Both the position numbers and the translations under genes were made by a program. A stretch of 64,000 bases of DNA from a virus (taxonomy: Duplodnaviria; Caudoviricetes): IMG/VR virus record IMGVR_UViG_3300021256_000095, positions 1-64,000 of that record; one strand, given 5' to 3'. Positions within the stretch are counted from its first letter, which is position 1. Every line of letters starts with the position of its first letter. Below, piece by piece: positions 7,958-17,828 of the stretch. The notes under the pieces were generated by a model, which worked only from the letters and a program-made list of their open reading frames with translations, searched no databases and was not told where the DNA came from.

Positions 7958-8782
7958 TTAAGCATTTTTATTTGGTTTAATAAAAGTATTAGTTTCTTCC
8001 ATTCTTTTAGTGAAATCTTTCATTGCGCGACATACTGAGCAACTTCCGCCAGTAATACACCTTTTATTACATTTGCTTCTTAATAATCCAAAATGACTTG
8101 GAAGGCGGCGGGAGTCTAAATCTTCTGATAATCCTATGATTATTTCTGATAAATTACCAAACCAATAGCCTCTCTTATAGACTTCGTATAGAGTTTCTTG
8201 AATATCTTTATCTCCTATAAATTCAATAGAAGCATACTCTTCATAGATATTCACATCTTCAGGTCTTATAAAGAACGCGCGAATACTTGGTTTATCTTCA
8301 TATGCGGTTTGCGCTATATTCGCCACTAATCTTAACTTTGTGTCGCCGCAGACCGCCTTCGCGCTTGGTAAACAAAATCCTAACATATTAGTAAGATATA
8401 CTTCACTTGGAGAGAGAGTTAAAATAGCTTGTAAATCCTCCCAATTAGATATATAATTTGTAAACATATAAGTATTAGTAATGTCTTTTAAAGCATTAAT
8501 TCTTATTTGTTTCATTTCTTCTGGAATCGTGATCATACTAACTGGCATCTGCAAAGTCCAATTAGAATATTTTTCTTTTAACTCTTTAAATCTATTTAAT
8601 ATTTCTTTGTCACTAAAGAAATCTGTCTTTTCTGTTATGTCTATATAAATATGTTGACTTGAGTGACGTTCTAAAAATTCTTCAAGAGTTTCATCATTTG
8701 GATTAAAGCTTATTCGTATTTGCGGGACCTCGTCTAATATTTCCTTAGACATGTCCGGCGCACAATAATTAATACATAACAT
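7958..8782 (-). CDS. hypothetical protein with C-terminal Cys cluster (possibly U32-peptidase-like, Fe-S binding)
   Basis: CNKRCITGGSCSVC; SD AGGAG. The family assignment is from recollection only. Confidence 0.5.
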   Translation of the reverse strand: MLCINYCAPDMSKEILDEVPQIRISFNPNDETLEEFLERHSSQHIYIDITEKTDFFSDKEILNRFKELKEKYSNWTLQMPVSMITIPEEMKQIRINALKDITNTYMFTNYISNWEDLQAILTLSPSEVYLTNMLGFCLPSAKAVCGDTKLRLVANIAQTAYEDKPSIRAFFIRPEDVNIYEEYASIEFIGDKDIQETLYEVYKRGYWFGNLSEIIIGLSEDLDSRRLPSHFGLLRSKCNKRCITGGSCSVCRAMKDFTKRMEETNTFIKPNKNA

Positions 8783-8925
8783 ATTTATTCTCCTTTATAT
8801 AAAAAGTGGGGCAGTATCTGAATATACTGCCCCGAGGTCACATCAGCCGAGGAGGGAGATTCGGCGATGATATATGTCAACATAAAAAGGTAGGAGGGCT
8901 ACCTATTTATGTTTTAAACTAAATA

Positions 8926-9324
8926 TTACTCAGCATCGACAGTGTATGCTACAACCTTTCGATTGTCCTCTGTCTTAACTTCTACCTTAGCTACTACTCC
9001 GTCCTTAACAAACTTTGATGCCCTATAACGAACCTTTGCTACTGTTGCTTCAGGGAACTCGTCAATAACCTTCTCAACGATACCCTCTGCTGTAATTGGC
9101 TCCTCTGCATCCTCGATAGCTACCTTAACTGCATCACCGAGTGCATCGCCCTCAGCCTTCTTAGCTGCCCTGCGCGCCTTTTCCTTCTCTGCTCTTGCGT
9201 CGATAGCTGCTACTTCCTTATCAATAAACTCTACATAATCAGCTACATCTGCTGCATCAAAATTCTTCTCAAGAACTTCCTTAATTCCTGCATACATATC
9301 TTTCTTTGTCATCTTATCAGCCAT
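8926..9324 (-). CDS. coiled-coil + winged-helix protein, paralog 1
   Basis: MTKK..Y...K...A..D...A, C-terminal wHTH-like segment ending in AE; codon usage suggests high expression. Confidence 0.7.
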   Translation of the reverse strand: MADKMTKKDMYAGIKEVLEKNFDAADVADYVEFIDKEVAAIDARAEKEKARRAAKKAEGDALGDAVKVAIEDAEEPITAEGIVEKVIDEFPEATVAKVRYRASKFVKDGVVAKVEVKTEDNRKVVAYTVDAE

Positions 9325-9428
9325 AATTATATCTCCTTTTTTCTCTCTTTTCATTTTCTATAATTATTATACGAAAAATTTTTTAAATTTTCAAGCGGTG
9401 GTGTTTTGAGCCACCGCTCATTTTTCTA

Positions 9429-9785
9429 TCACTCAGCGATTGCGTAAGTCATAATCTTGCGCTCGCCAACCTTAGCCTTCTCTTTAACAATAGTTCCATC
9501 CTCAATAAGAGGTTTAATGTGGTAAACAACCTTTGCGCTAGTGTAAGCGCCGCCCATTCCGCCAACAAGCTCTACAAGAGTAATAGGTCTTGCCGCGTCT
9601 CTAAGGATATCAACTGCATGAAGTCTTATAGCCTCTCCCTCCGCAGCAGTCTTCTCATTTCTCTTTGCTTTAGCCTTTCCCGCCTTAACATCAAGATTAG
9701 CAATCTCCTTATCAAGAAAAGCTACATAAGCATCATTATCATTTACAAGTTCCTTAATCTTCTCAAAATACTCTCTCTTAGTCAT
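9429..9785 (-). CDS. coiled-coil + winged-helix protein, paralog 2
   Basis: MTKREYF...LD.K..K...PIT..EL...IAE; aligns by eye with the ORFs at 8926, 20602 and 23785. Confidence 0.7.
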   Translation of the reverse strand: MTKREYFEKIKELVNDNDAYVAFLDKEIANLDVKAGKAKAKRNEKTAAEGEAIRLHAVDILRDAARPITLVELVGGMGGAYTSAKVVYHIKPLIEDGTIVKEKAKVGERKIMTYAIAE

Positions 9786-9881
9786 AATTAGCACCTCTTT
9801 CATTTTTTAATTATTTCTTGTTTCATTTTCTATATTTATTATACTAAAAAATTTTTTAAATTTCAAATGCGGTTTTTATTT

Positions 9882-10172
9882 TTACTTATGTCTTGTTCTA
9901 TACTTCTTTATCTTTCTACCATATCTCTTTGCTGCGCGATTTGCAATAAGGCTATTTCCATCAAAATTACTGAAATAATGAGTTGCCCACTGCTCAGGAG
10001 TTCTATATATAAACTCACCACCGCCAAGATAAGATGAAAATTCATCTTTTTCGTATCCATTTTCAATAGCATCTATAATCTGTGAGTAGATTCTCTCTGC
10101 ATATTCTCTTGCTATATTTGACCAACTTGGTGCGTGATATGAATATTTCATAATTTCTTCCCTCTCTTTCAT
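9882..10172 (-). CDS. hypothetical protein
   Basis: ORF behind its own promoter; real start probably MKYSY. Confidence 0.6.
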   Translation of the reverse strand: MKEREEIMKYSYHAPSWSNIAREYAERIYSQIIDAIENGYEKDEFSSYLGGGEFIYRTPEQWATHYFSNFDGNSLIANRAAKRYGRKIKKYRTRHK

Positions 10173-10208
10173 TTTCTATATATATTATAATAAAAATTTT
10201 ATTAAAAA

Positions 10209-10898
10209 TCAAAAATCACTACCTTCATATCCGCTAAAATCAAATACAACGGGGCGGTCGCCTATATAACCTACATTACCATTATGGAGATCATTGATAT
10301 TATGTTTATCTATGAAGTTCCCAAAATGTTCAAACTCCATCTCGCCATAATAATCAATAAAGCTTTTTATCCAAATGATACTAAGTCTTGCTGTACCATA
10401 ATAATCATTTGATTTTCCAGTAAGCTTTTTTCTTTCATCAGGAGTTATGTCTTTTAATTCTTTTATTTTTGTTTGATCAGCGGACTCAAGAATATCTTCT
10501 AATACCTCTACCTTTTTCTGATAGTAAACTGGAACTCTTTTACCATTATTACATTTAATATAATCAAAGAATTTAGTTTCTGCAAAAAAATCTTCTACAC
10601 CTTCAATTATAGCATCTTCATAATAGTAAACTTCAAGAGAACATAAATCATCAAGTTCTACTTCTTTATTATCTTCTTCTTCAAAAGGTATCTTAAAAAC
10701 AAAATCTGCATCTTTGCAAACCATTGCCGCCTTTGAAACTCCTTCACCAAAATAAATATTAATATTAATTGATTTGAGATAATCAATGGCGGGTTTTAAA
10801 AATTTATAACAGCTTTCATAATTAAGTGCTTCTTCATCAAAAATAGTATCATCAATGTGGTTTTTTATTATATCAAATAATTCTTGAGGCGTAATCAT
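10209..10898 (-). CDS. atypical protein-kinase-like protein
   Basis: GEGVSK (Gly-rich loop), VFKIP (Lys), DLHNGN (catalytic loop), FDFSG (Mg-binding). Confidence 0.75.
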   Translation of the reverse strand: MITPQELFDIIKNHIDDTIFDEEALNYESCYKFLKPAIDYLKSININIYFGEGVSKAAMVCKDADFVFKIPFEEEDNKEVELDDLCSLEVYYYEDAIIEGVEDFFAETKFFDYIKCNNGKRVPVYYQKKVEVLEDILESADQTKIKELKDITPDERKKLTGKSNDYYGTARLSIIWIKSFIDYYGEMEFEHFGNFIDKHNINDLHNGNVGYIGDRPVVFDFSGYEGSDF

Positions 10899-10907
10899 CT
10901 TATTCTC

Positions 10908-11390
10908 CTATATTAGATCATTTCTTCTATAAAAATCTATTAATGCAATTTGAAGTTCATTCCAAAATTTTGCAATTCTTTTTGGATATTTGCGCATATA
11001 GTCTCCCGCCCATTTAGTAGCAAAAAATTCATCTGGACAAGCGTGATACCAATCATTTCTATTGTCATCATCTGCGCAAGATGTCATATGCTCTTTCTGC
11101 TCTTCAAAATAGTCTAATTCTTCTTCAGTCCACATATCATCCGTCATGATATGGCCTACTTCGTGGAGGAGACACCAAAGCATAATATCTGCGTGAACGT
11201 CAGGGTATCTTTTCTCTGCATCTTCTTTAAAGTATCTAATATCCTCTTCATCTATGACAAGAGTATAGTTAATAAGACGATCAGGACAATAAGCAAGAAA
11301 TTCATTCCCTAAATCAGCTTTAATATTAAAATTTTTAGTAAAGTTATTAATGATTCTATCTATTCTTCTAATTCCTTTTAATTTAGCCAT
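10908..11390 (-). CDS. HExxH zincin-like metalloprotein
   Basis: LLHEVGH plus a downstream E (PDEFFA). Confidence 0.65.
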   Translation of the reverse strand: MAKLKGIRRIDRIINNFTKNFNIKADLGNEFLAYCPDRLINYTLVIDEEDIRYFKEDAEKRYPDVHADIMLWCLLHEVGHIMTDDMWTEEELDYFEEQKEHMTSCADDDNRNDWYHACPDEFFATKWAGDYMRKYPKRIAKFWNELQIALIDFYRRNDLI

Positions 11391-11486
11391 ACTCTTTCAC
11401 CACTTTCTTTTTTCATTTTCTATATATATTATAATAAAAAATTTTTAAAAAATCAAATAAAGCCCCGTGAATCACGGGGCTAATTC

Positions 11487-11693
11487 TTAAGAGTTCTTTA
11501 TCTCCTGAATAAAATCATCTATTGCTTCAAGAATCTTTGTATCTTCAAGATAAAACACGTCTGTTCTATGTTTCGCGCCATACCAGCTCAAAAAATTCAT
11601 CCAAAACTGACCAACCCGCCAGTCAGGAAACTCTGCCTTATGGATACCATTAATAAAATGATAAATTGTATCTAATCTCTTTGGGTCTCTCAT
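11487..11693 (-). CDS. hypothetical protein
   Basis: MRDPKRLD...PDWRVGQF; overlaps the upstream stop (ATGA coupling). Confidence 0.7.
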   Translation of the reverse strand: MRDPKRLDTIYHFINGIHKAEFPDWRVGQFWMNFLSWYGAKHRTDVFYLEDTKILEAIDDFIQEIKNS

Positions 11694-12115
11694 TTTGCTA
11701 CCTCCTCAAAATCAATATATTCTAATTCATCTACAATTTTTTGATTTATAAACCAATTTGTCCACGGACTTTTTGCCAAATATTTTTTATTATAGACTTT
11801 TTTATTCCATTCATTTATATCTTTAATAAGGTCTGATCTTGATGCATCTTCATATTCACTATTAACTACTTCAATTCTTCGTTGAAGAGATTCGTATGTC
11901 ATTCTATTTTGTTCTATAGTACGATTTTCTCCAATTCCTTTAAAAAGAATTTTTCCTATACATATTGTAGAAAATACAAGTCCAAAAACAATAAATAAAC
12001 CACCTAATAATTCAATTTCATCGTAAAAACGACCAAAAATATTAATTTTTTCATTTAAAATAACAAGAGTAATTCCTATTATTAATATCCCTAAAGCAAT
12101 AAGTGTAAGAATCAT
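11690..12115 (-). CDS. two-TM membrane protein
   Basis: Two N-terminal hydrophobic helices; ATGA coupling. Confidence 0.7.
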   Translation of the reverse strand: MILTLIALGILIIGITLVILNEKINIFGRFYDEIELLGGLFIVFGLVFSTICIGKILFKGIGENRTIEQNRMTYESLQRRIEVVNSEYEDASRSDLIKDINEWNKKVYNKKYLAKSPWTNWFINQKIVDELEYIDFEEVAK

Positions 12116-12363
12116 ATTTCTATACCTCCAAAATAATCATTTTTAATTATCTCTGCAATTTTATAATTTACTGACTTGTAACCGCCAAAATGAAGCGCGA
12201 GCGCGGCAAGCATATATGGATCTGTAATGTCAGTATGATCATACCAATCTTTTATAAATAATTCTGCTCTATTCCATGAATTACTTGTATGATAGGCTGC
12301 TTCTTGCCAATTTATATATAACTGAGTTGCTTCTCTAATTGACTTATAATCTATATGTGGCAT
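12112..12363 (-). CDS. hypothetical protein
   Basis: ORF in a coupled run with SD. Confidence 0.65.
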   Translation of the reverse strand: MPHIDYKSIREATQLYINWQEAAYHTSNSWNRAELFIKDWYDHTDITDPYMLAALALHFGGYKSVNYKIAEIIKNDYFGGIEI

Positions 12364-12367
12364 ATAA

Positions 12368-13261
12368 TCACTCTCCTTTCTTAACTATACACCTACTAAG
12401 CTGAGTCTGTAAAATACCTCGAAATTCAGTATGTGCTTTGATAGTTCCACTTAATATAATCTTATCTCCTATTTCTATTGTATTATCAATAGAAGACTGC
12501 GTGAACCAAGTGAATATGTTATCACCTATTTTAAAAGTGTAAAGGATAGAACCACCCCATTCACCTTCAATATATTTAATTGATTCAAGGATAGCTTCAA
12601 CTTTTCTTATTCTATCACCGATTGTACCATAATGCTGAGATTTTGATGTTGATGCGTTAGTCTTTGATATTGTTTCAGCTATATCATTTTTTATTTTTAT
12701 AAGTGCATTATCTTTAAAGTAAGGCTTCTTATTTCTATAATCCCAGTTGTATATTCCATCAAAAGTACAGTGATAGAAAAATGCGGTTGGTGGTAATGGA
12801 AGATCTTCAGGCTTGGTATTTGTATTAAAGAACCAGCCAAGTGACGCATCATAGCGGGCTCCCGCATTTTTAAGTATATCTTTATACTCATAAGTGTTAA
12901 ATCCCGCAGGAATAAAGATATTACCATCTCCGTATCCGTACTTTTCCATATATTCTTTCTTATTCTTCTCAGAGTTAGCTTTAAGCTCTTCCTCTTTCTT
13001 TATTCTCTTGCGCTCTGCCGCAGCATCAAGTTTAGCTCTTTCATCTTCAGTATAAGCGCGAACAGTTTCATAGAACTTTCCAGCGCCCCTGCAATAGAAA
13101 CAAACTCCATTATCAACATGACCATAATAAGGAATTTCTCCCTTTCCGCCACAACGAGGACAGTCTATTTTGCAGTCCGCCATCATTTTTCCATTCTGAT
13201 TATAAACTTTTATTACTTTATATCCTTTTTCCTCATAAGTTTTAGCTAATCTATATTCCAT
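12368..13261 (-). CDS. zinc-finger + C-terminal OB-fold-like protein
   Basis: CPRCGG...CFYCRG; beta-rich C-terminus (GTIKAHTEFRG..QTQLSRC). Confidence 0.6.
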   Translation of the reverse strand: MEYRLAKTYEEKGYKVIKVYNQNGKMMADCKIDCPRCGGKGEIPYYGHVDNGVCFYCRGAGKFYETVRAYTEDERAKLDAAAERKRIKKEEELKANSEKNKKEYMEKYGYGDGNIFIPAGFNTYEYKDILKNAGARYDASLGWFFNTNTKPEDLPLPPTAFFYHCTFDGIYNWDYRNKKPYFKDNALIKIKNDIAETISKTNASTSKSQHYGTIGDRIRKVEAILESIKYIEGEWGGSILYTFKIGDNIFTWFTQSSIDNTIEIGDKIILSGTIKAHTEFRGILQTQLSRCIVKKGE

Positions 13262-13374
13262 AATCAACACCTCTTTCATTTCCTTTTTTAACTTTTCTAT
13301 AATTATTATAACAAAAAATTTTAAAAAAATAAAATGGAGAATATATTATTAATATACTCTCCATTAAAACATGA

Positions 13375-13983
13375 TTATTTCCATATATACATATGGTTTT
13401 TTTCTTCTTCAACCATAGCATCCATATTCCAAAAATCAACAAACTCTGACTGAAGGCATGGCCCTATTAAATTACCATTAAGTATTTCAATAGCCTTATT
13501 AGCTAATTCTTCTGTAAGTCCGCTATACTCACTTTTATCTTGAAAGTTATATAGTGTTTTTATCCAATGCTTTTTTATTTTATCTTGATCATAACCATGA
13601 AACCACTCGTCATCAAGAATTACCCAATTTTTAACTTGCGGGTTGTGGTCAAGCCAAGATAGAATTTCATCTGCTCGATCAATCCATCTTTTTTCAATAG
13701 TCTTGCTATATACTTTTAAGCCCTGAGCGCGCAGCTTATTACTTAAATATTTTGCCATTTGATGATTCTGTTTGTACGCTCCTACTTCAAAATATTTTCT
13801 CCAAGTAGAAATTAATACTATTTTTGCATTTGTTTCTTTTACTATCTTAGCAAGTAGTTTAACTTTTGAATTATCAACTCCTAAGTAAGAAATTTCATCA
13901 TATATACAACAAGATTTTGAATGTTCCCAATTAAGAACGCCATCTATATCGAGAAAAATAATACTATTAACCTCAATATTCAT
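13375..13983 (-). CDS. HAD phosphatase (resembles the HAD domain of 'Swiss army knife' RNA-repair proteins)
   Basis: IFLDIDGVLN, IVLISTWR and WVILDD motifs. Confidence 0.75.
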   Translation of the reverse strand: MNIEVNSIIFLDIDGVLNWEHSKSCCIYDEISYLGVDNSKVKLLAKIVKETNAKIVLISTWRKYFEVGAYKQNHQMAKYLSNKLRAQGLKVYSKTIEKRWIDRADEILSWLDHNPQVKNWVILDDEWFHGYDQDKIKKHWIKTLYNFQDKSEYSGLTEELANKAIEILNGNLIGPCLQSEFVDFWNMDAMVEEEKNHMYIWK

Positions 13984-14070
13984 TAAATCGTCTCCTTAAT
14001 AATGATACAAAATTAAATATACGCGGTATCAAATAGACATCATGGGCGGCCGCCCCGCACAAACCTATTA

Positions 14071-14337
14071 TTATATCTGTGAAGTATCCCATTTATTTAT
14101 TTCCTCCGTTTCTCTACAAGAAGCTAAGAATCCTTTTGTTTCTACTACATTTATAGACTCCTCACACCACTCAATCATTAATGAAAGTAATTCTTTTTCA
14201 CCATAAACACTTACAATTTTTGTAGTAGCTTCTGTAAAAGTTTCTGCATTGACGAAACCTTCAACATATTCAACTTTATTTTCAACTTCATCAGATATTT
14301 TAGCTTTATAAGCAAACAGATCCATCATGATAACCAT
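14071..14337 (-). CDS. hypothetical protein
   Basis: ORF in an overlapping run. Confidence 0.6.
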   Translation of the reverse strand: MVIMMDLFAYKAKISDEVENKVEYVEGFVNAETFTEATTKIVSVYGEKELLSLMIEWCEESINVVETKGFLASCRETEEINKWDTSQI

Positions 14338-14546
14338 TTCCTTTCTATCTTTTGTATTTCTTTATCTGTAATATCATATATTTTATATTTTTCACATAAG
14401 GTCGTAAAAACTCCAAGCGGGACTACATTATGCGCATAGCCTGCTTCCCGCAGCTCTCTACCTATTGCATTAATCTTACCTTCACGAGTATTTACAAGTC
14501 CTGTGCCTTCCGCTTCATTCATATATAACCAATATCCAAGATCCAT
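14325..14546 (-). CDS. hypothetical protein
   Basis: ORF with SD GGAGAGG. Confidence 0.65.
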   Translation of the reverse strand: MDLGYWLYMNEAEGTGLVNTREGKINAIGRELREAGYAHNVVPLGVFTTLCEKYKIYDITDKEIQKIERKWLS

Positions 14547-14563
14547 AAACCTCTCCTTCCCGC

Positions 14564-15025
14564 TTAATAGTTTGCAAGCATTACAATTTTAACATTATCA
14601 GGGTGAATGTAATCCTCATCCGCAAGATTAAGCATTACATTAACGCTATTGACAATCTCAGTATAAAATCTGTTCATATCAATTTCATCTTCGTCATCTT
14701 CCTCGTCTGAAGGAGAAGGAGTCTTAGCAGACTTGTTCTTTGCTTTTTCAACAAGATACATAAAATAAGTAAGACTCATTTCATAAGCTTCAATACCTAT
14801 GTAATCATTATCTTCATCTTCTTCATTCTCATCTCTGTAATAATGATTAACATATTCTTTCATTTCTTCAAATGAAGTTTTACGAAAAACCATTCTAAAT
14901 TCATCAAAGAGCGCCCAACCGCAATAAGTAATGCTAACAGGTTCACCTTCTCTATTGTAAAGTGGAAGGTCTATATATTTATTATCTTTCTTAATTTTTA
15001 CGAAAAAGTTCATATCAACACCCAT
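14564..15025 (-). CDS. acidic hypothetical protein
   Basis: MGVDMNF start; D/E-rich tracts. Confidence 0.7.
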   Translation of the reverse strand: MGVDMNFFVKIKKDNKYIDLPLYNREGEPVSITYCGWALFDEFRMVFRKTSFEEMKEYVNHYYRDENEEDEDNDYIGIEAYEMSLTYFMYLVEKAKNKSAKTPSPSDEEDDEDEIDMNRFYTEIVNSVNVMLNLADEDYIHPDNVKIVMLANY

Positions 15026-15043
15026 AAATCACACCTCTTTCTA

Positions 15044-15568
15044 TTACCAATTCTGTACTACTCTCAAATTATTTCCATGACATCTTCCGCAACTGCAATA
15101 CTTTATGTTATCTATTGTCTTACATCTGCGGGAGTATGTTCCAATCATTTTATTACAATCATTACACCATACTTCATATTTACTCTGCGCGTTCTGGTCA
15201 CGAAAACCATTAACGTGCTGCGCTGCTTTATCATGTGTGCAGCCTATTTCCGCACATTTACGCTTGAATACCGCATCATGACCGTGGTCAACGCCAGTCA
15301 TCAAGAGAATGTAGTAATGTGCATATTCATGTTTAATTACCTGTATAATATCTTCATCACTTGCGTTCTCTATGAGGTTGCGCGCAAACTCTATTTTTGT
15401 AGGGGCATATGTATATCCATCTTCTGCATAGCCATCAGCGCCGAACTTTACTCTACCCATTGCGCGAGTCAGACGACCATTTATTTCAATAGGAACGATA
15501 ATCTTACCAAGACCGTCCGCCATGCTTAACTTATTAAGTTCTGCTCTTACTCTTTCTATTGTAAACAT
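15044..15568 (-). CDS. SprT-like zinc metalloprotease
   Basis: RLTRAMG, HEYAH, HGHDAVFK, and C-terminal CNDC/CGRC. Confidence 0.85.
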   Translation of the reverse strand: MFTIERVRAELNKLSMADGLGKIIVPIEINGRLTRAMGRVKFGADGYAEDGYTYAPTKIEFARNLIENASDEDIIQVIKHEYAHYYILLMTGVDHGHDAVFKRKCAEIGCTHDKAAQHVNGFRDQNAQSKYEVWCNDCNKMIGTYSRRCKTIDNIKYCSCGRCHGNNLRVVQNW

Positions 15569-15703
15569 CTCGCGCCACCTCTCATTTCATCTCATTTTTT
15601 ATTTTCTATAATTATTATAATAAAATTTTTATTAAAAATCAAATAAGGTTGCGCGCAACGTTGACAAAGAAGAAAAAATTTAGTATAATAAAATTAAAGA
15701 AAA

Positions 15704-15994
15704 ATGATTAAAAGGATGGTAAGTATTATGAATAAAGAAACGAATGATGAATGGATTTATCCAATAGAAATGGCAAAAGAGTTGACTAAGTGGTCTAGCC
15801 AATATTGTAAACAAAAACTTAAATTTTATAACAGAATGATACAACAGATGGCAAAGAAAGGTAAAGATTTTATTGAAGTAAAGTATGATCCTGATGATGA
15901 TTTTATTTACGACAAAATGAAAACTGTAGGTTATAAAGTATTAAAAACCGAGGATAATCTTATTCGAATCTCATGGCAAGATAGTGATTCTTAA
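15704..15994 (+). CDS. hypothetical protein (tandem paralog of the ORF at 16041)
   Basis: Aligns with the next ORF (IE.A.ELTK...K.YN..I...AK.GK..I.V.Y..DD.F.Y). Confidence 0.7.
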   Translation: MIKRMVSIMNKETNDEWIYPIEMAKELTKWSSQYCKQKLKFYNRMIQQMAKKGKDFIEVKYDPDDDFIYDKMKTVGYKVLKTEDNLIRISWQDSDS

Positions 15995-16040
15995 ATTAAA
16001 GAAAAATGATTAAGAAAGACGGGGAGGTATTATAAATAAT

Positions 16041-16316
16041 ATGTCAATAGAAGATTTAAATACGGTAATTTCAATAGAGAAGGCAAGAGAGTTGACTAAA
16101 AAGGCTAATGACTTTACTCCTAATCAAAGAATTAAATATTATAATACTTTAATAGAGAGAGCAGCAAAATTAGGCAAAAATTATATACAGGTAAGGTATT
16201 GGGATGAAGATGAATTTGTTTATGAGAAGTTGCGGGAGGCGGGCTTTGAGGTACTTCAAGGTGAAAATACTTTAATGACGATTGTAAAAATTTCATGGCG
16301 GGAAATAGAGCTTTGA
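16041..16316 (+). CDS. hypothetical protein (tandem paralog of the ORF at 15704)
   Basis: Same alignment as the previous entry; SD GGAGG. Confidence 0.75.
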   Translation: MSIEDLNTVISIEKARELTKKANDFTPNQRIKYYNTLIERAAKLGKNYIQVRYWDEDEFVYEKLREAGFEVLQGENTLMTIVKISWREIEL

Positions 16317-16328
16317 GGCGTCATGAGG
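16308..16328 (+). repeat. 21-bp repeat, left copy (GAGCTTTGAGGCGTCATGAGG)
   Basis: Exact reverse complement at 34345-34365. Confidence 0.95.
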
Positions 16329-16421
16329 AGACAAATCCCGCGATAGTTGCAAAAACAGTTAAAAAAGAAAGAGAGATAGAATCCGAAAGAACACGAAAAA
16401 TCGGTAGTATAGGAGTGAAAT

Positions 16422-16604
16422 ATGTTAGTTTTAATATTAATTTTATTAGGGGTAATTGTTATTGGGGTTGGTATAATTATATGGGGGATTGTGCAAATTA
16501 GAGAGGATATAGAGTATTTAGCGCTGAGTGTAGTTATAAATAAGAGGGTAGATGAATATTTGAGGGGTAATGTTGAAAAAATTAAAAGACCCCCTGATTT
16601 TTAA
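16422..16604 (+). CDS. small single-TM membrane protein
   Basis: Hydrophobic N-terminus; SD GGAG. Confidence 0.55.
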   Translation: MLVLILILLGVIVIGVGIIIWGIVQIREDIEYLALSVVINKRVDEYLRGNVEKIKRPPDF

Positions 16605-16620
16605 TAGGGGGTCTTGTTTT
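16587..16620. terminator. bidirectional intrinsic terminator
   Basis: AAGACCCC...GGGGTCTT hairpin between convergent genes. Confidence 0.75.
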
Positions 16621-16623
16621 TAG

Positions 16624-17331
16624 TTATTTTTTTTCGGGGGTACTTTCCCAATTATAAGGTTGATACTTTTTTGTCTTTTGAGGGCGGAAACCATATTTGT
16701 CTTTAAATATATTCATTATTGTATTATAATCATTTAATACATTATCTCCTAATAATTCGAGGAATTCTTGTTTAGAGAGGTTTCCCGCTTGGTATTCCGC
16801 GCAATATTTAAAGTTTAATTCATTGTTGCCTTTTGTTTTAAAAAGCATTTTAAGATAATCAAGTTCTTCTGCGGTTAGAGGGATATAATGCAGATGATCT
16901 TCTGAAGGTCTACTCCATCTATCATCTACTGATGTATAGAATGTACGAAGAACTTGTCTGACATAGCGCGCAACTGTTTCTTCTTGAACTTTATACTTAT
17001 TATTAACTTGTATGTTTCGCGCAACATTTGAACCTGAATTATAAGGTTCTTCCGCAATGATAGTATCAGTTTTTTGTTTGTAGTATTCCATACGTTTCTC
17101 CTTTGAATTTTTCTCTTTTGGGGTTTCAAATGGTTTTAACTCTTTTGTGAGAACATAGTTACCTTTTGTTGTTAAGTACCAATTAAAATATTGAGATAAA
17201 TGTTCGAGATATTTTTCTCTATTATTAGAGAAAGTTTTTGGAGTTACTTTAAAAAATGTTTCTGCTATAAATCGTGCAGGATAGGGTTTGTTTAATTCAT
17301 ACATAAATATTTTCTCCTTTCTGTTATACAA
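16624..17331 (-). CDS. basic hypothetical protein, possible DNA-binding/initiator
   Basis: K/R-rich; adjacent to iteron-like repeats. The function is an inference. Confidence 0.55.
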   Translation of the reverse strand: MYNRKEKIFMYELNKPYPARFIAETFFKVTPKTFSNNREKYLEHLSQYFNWYLTTKGNYVLTKELKPFETPKEKNSKEKRMEYYKQKTDTIIAEEPYNSGSNVARNIQVNNKYKVQEETVARYVRQVLRTFYTSVDDRWSRPSEDHLHYIPLTAEELDYLKMLFKTKGNNELNFKYCAEYQAGNLSKQEFLELLGDNVLNDYNTIMNIFKDKYGFRPQKTKKYQPYNWESTPEKK

Positions 17332-17413
17332 TATATAAAAAATATATTATATAAATTTAATATAGTTGTCCTAAAAAATGGAATAAAAGTGCTTACATTT
17401 TCCTTTTCAAGTA

Positions 17414-17828
17414 TTTTGTTCCATTTTTGAATCCAGTTTTATTATATATAGAAGCGTATTTTTAGTTAGTAAAATACAAGGTTTTACTTGTATACAAGTT
17501 TTTATTTATTTTTGTTCCATTTTTGAATCCGTCTCTATATATATAATAAATCCGGATTTAGAAATGGAACAAAAATAATAGTTTTTATTAGAGTAGAAGT
17601 AAAAGTATTAGAGCAGATAGATTTTAAAAGATTTTTTAAGATTCTCGGAGTTTAAGAAAATCCTTTAAAATCCTCGGAGTTTTAAAAAATCCTCGGAGTG
17701 TGGTGCCCAAACTTCCTCCCCCTATACCACCTTACTCTTCTTCATGACGTCCGTTAACAAAAGTCAGTCTCCGTAAGATTAGTTTTAAATCGAGGACCGA
17801 AGGTCCGAAGATTTAAAACTAATCTTAC
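17414..17828. repeat. iteron-like direct/inverted repeats and a 19-bp perfect inverted repeat (origin candidate)
   Basis: TTTTGTTCCATTTTTGAATCC at 17414 and 17510 with an inverted copy at 17554; CTCGGAG x3; inverted repeat 17773-17791 / 17810-17828. Confidence 0.8.
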
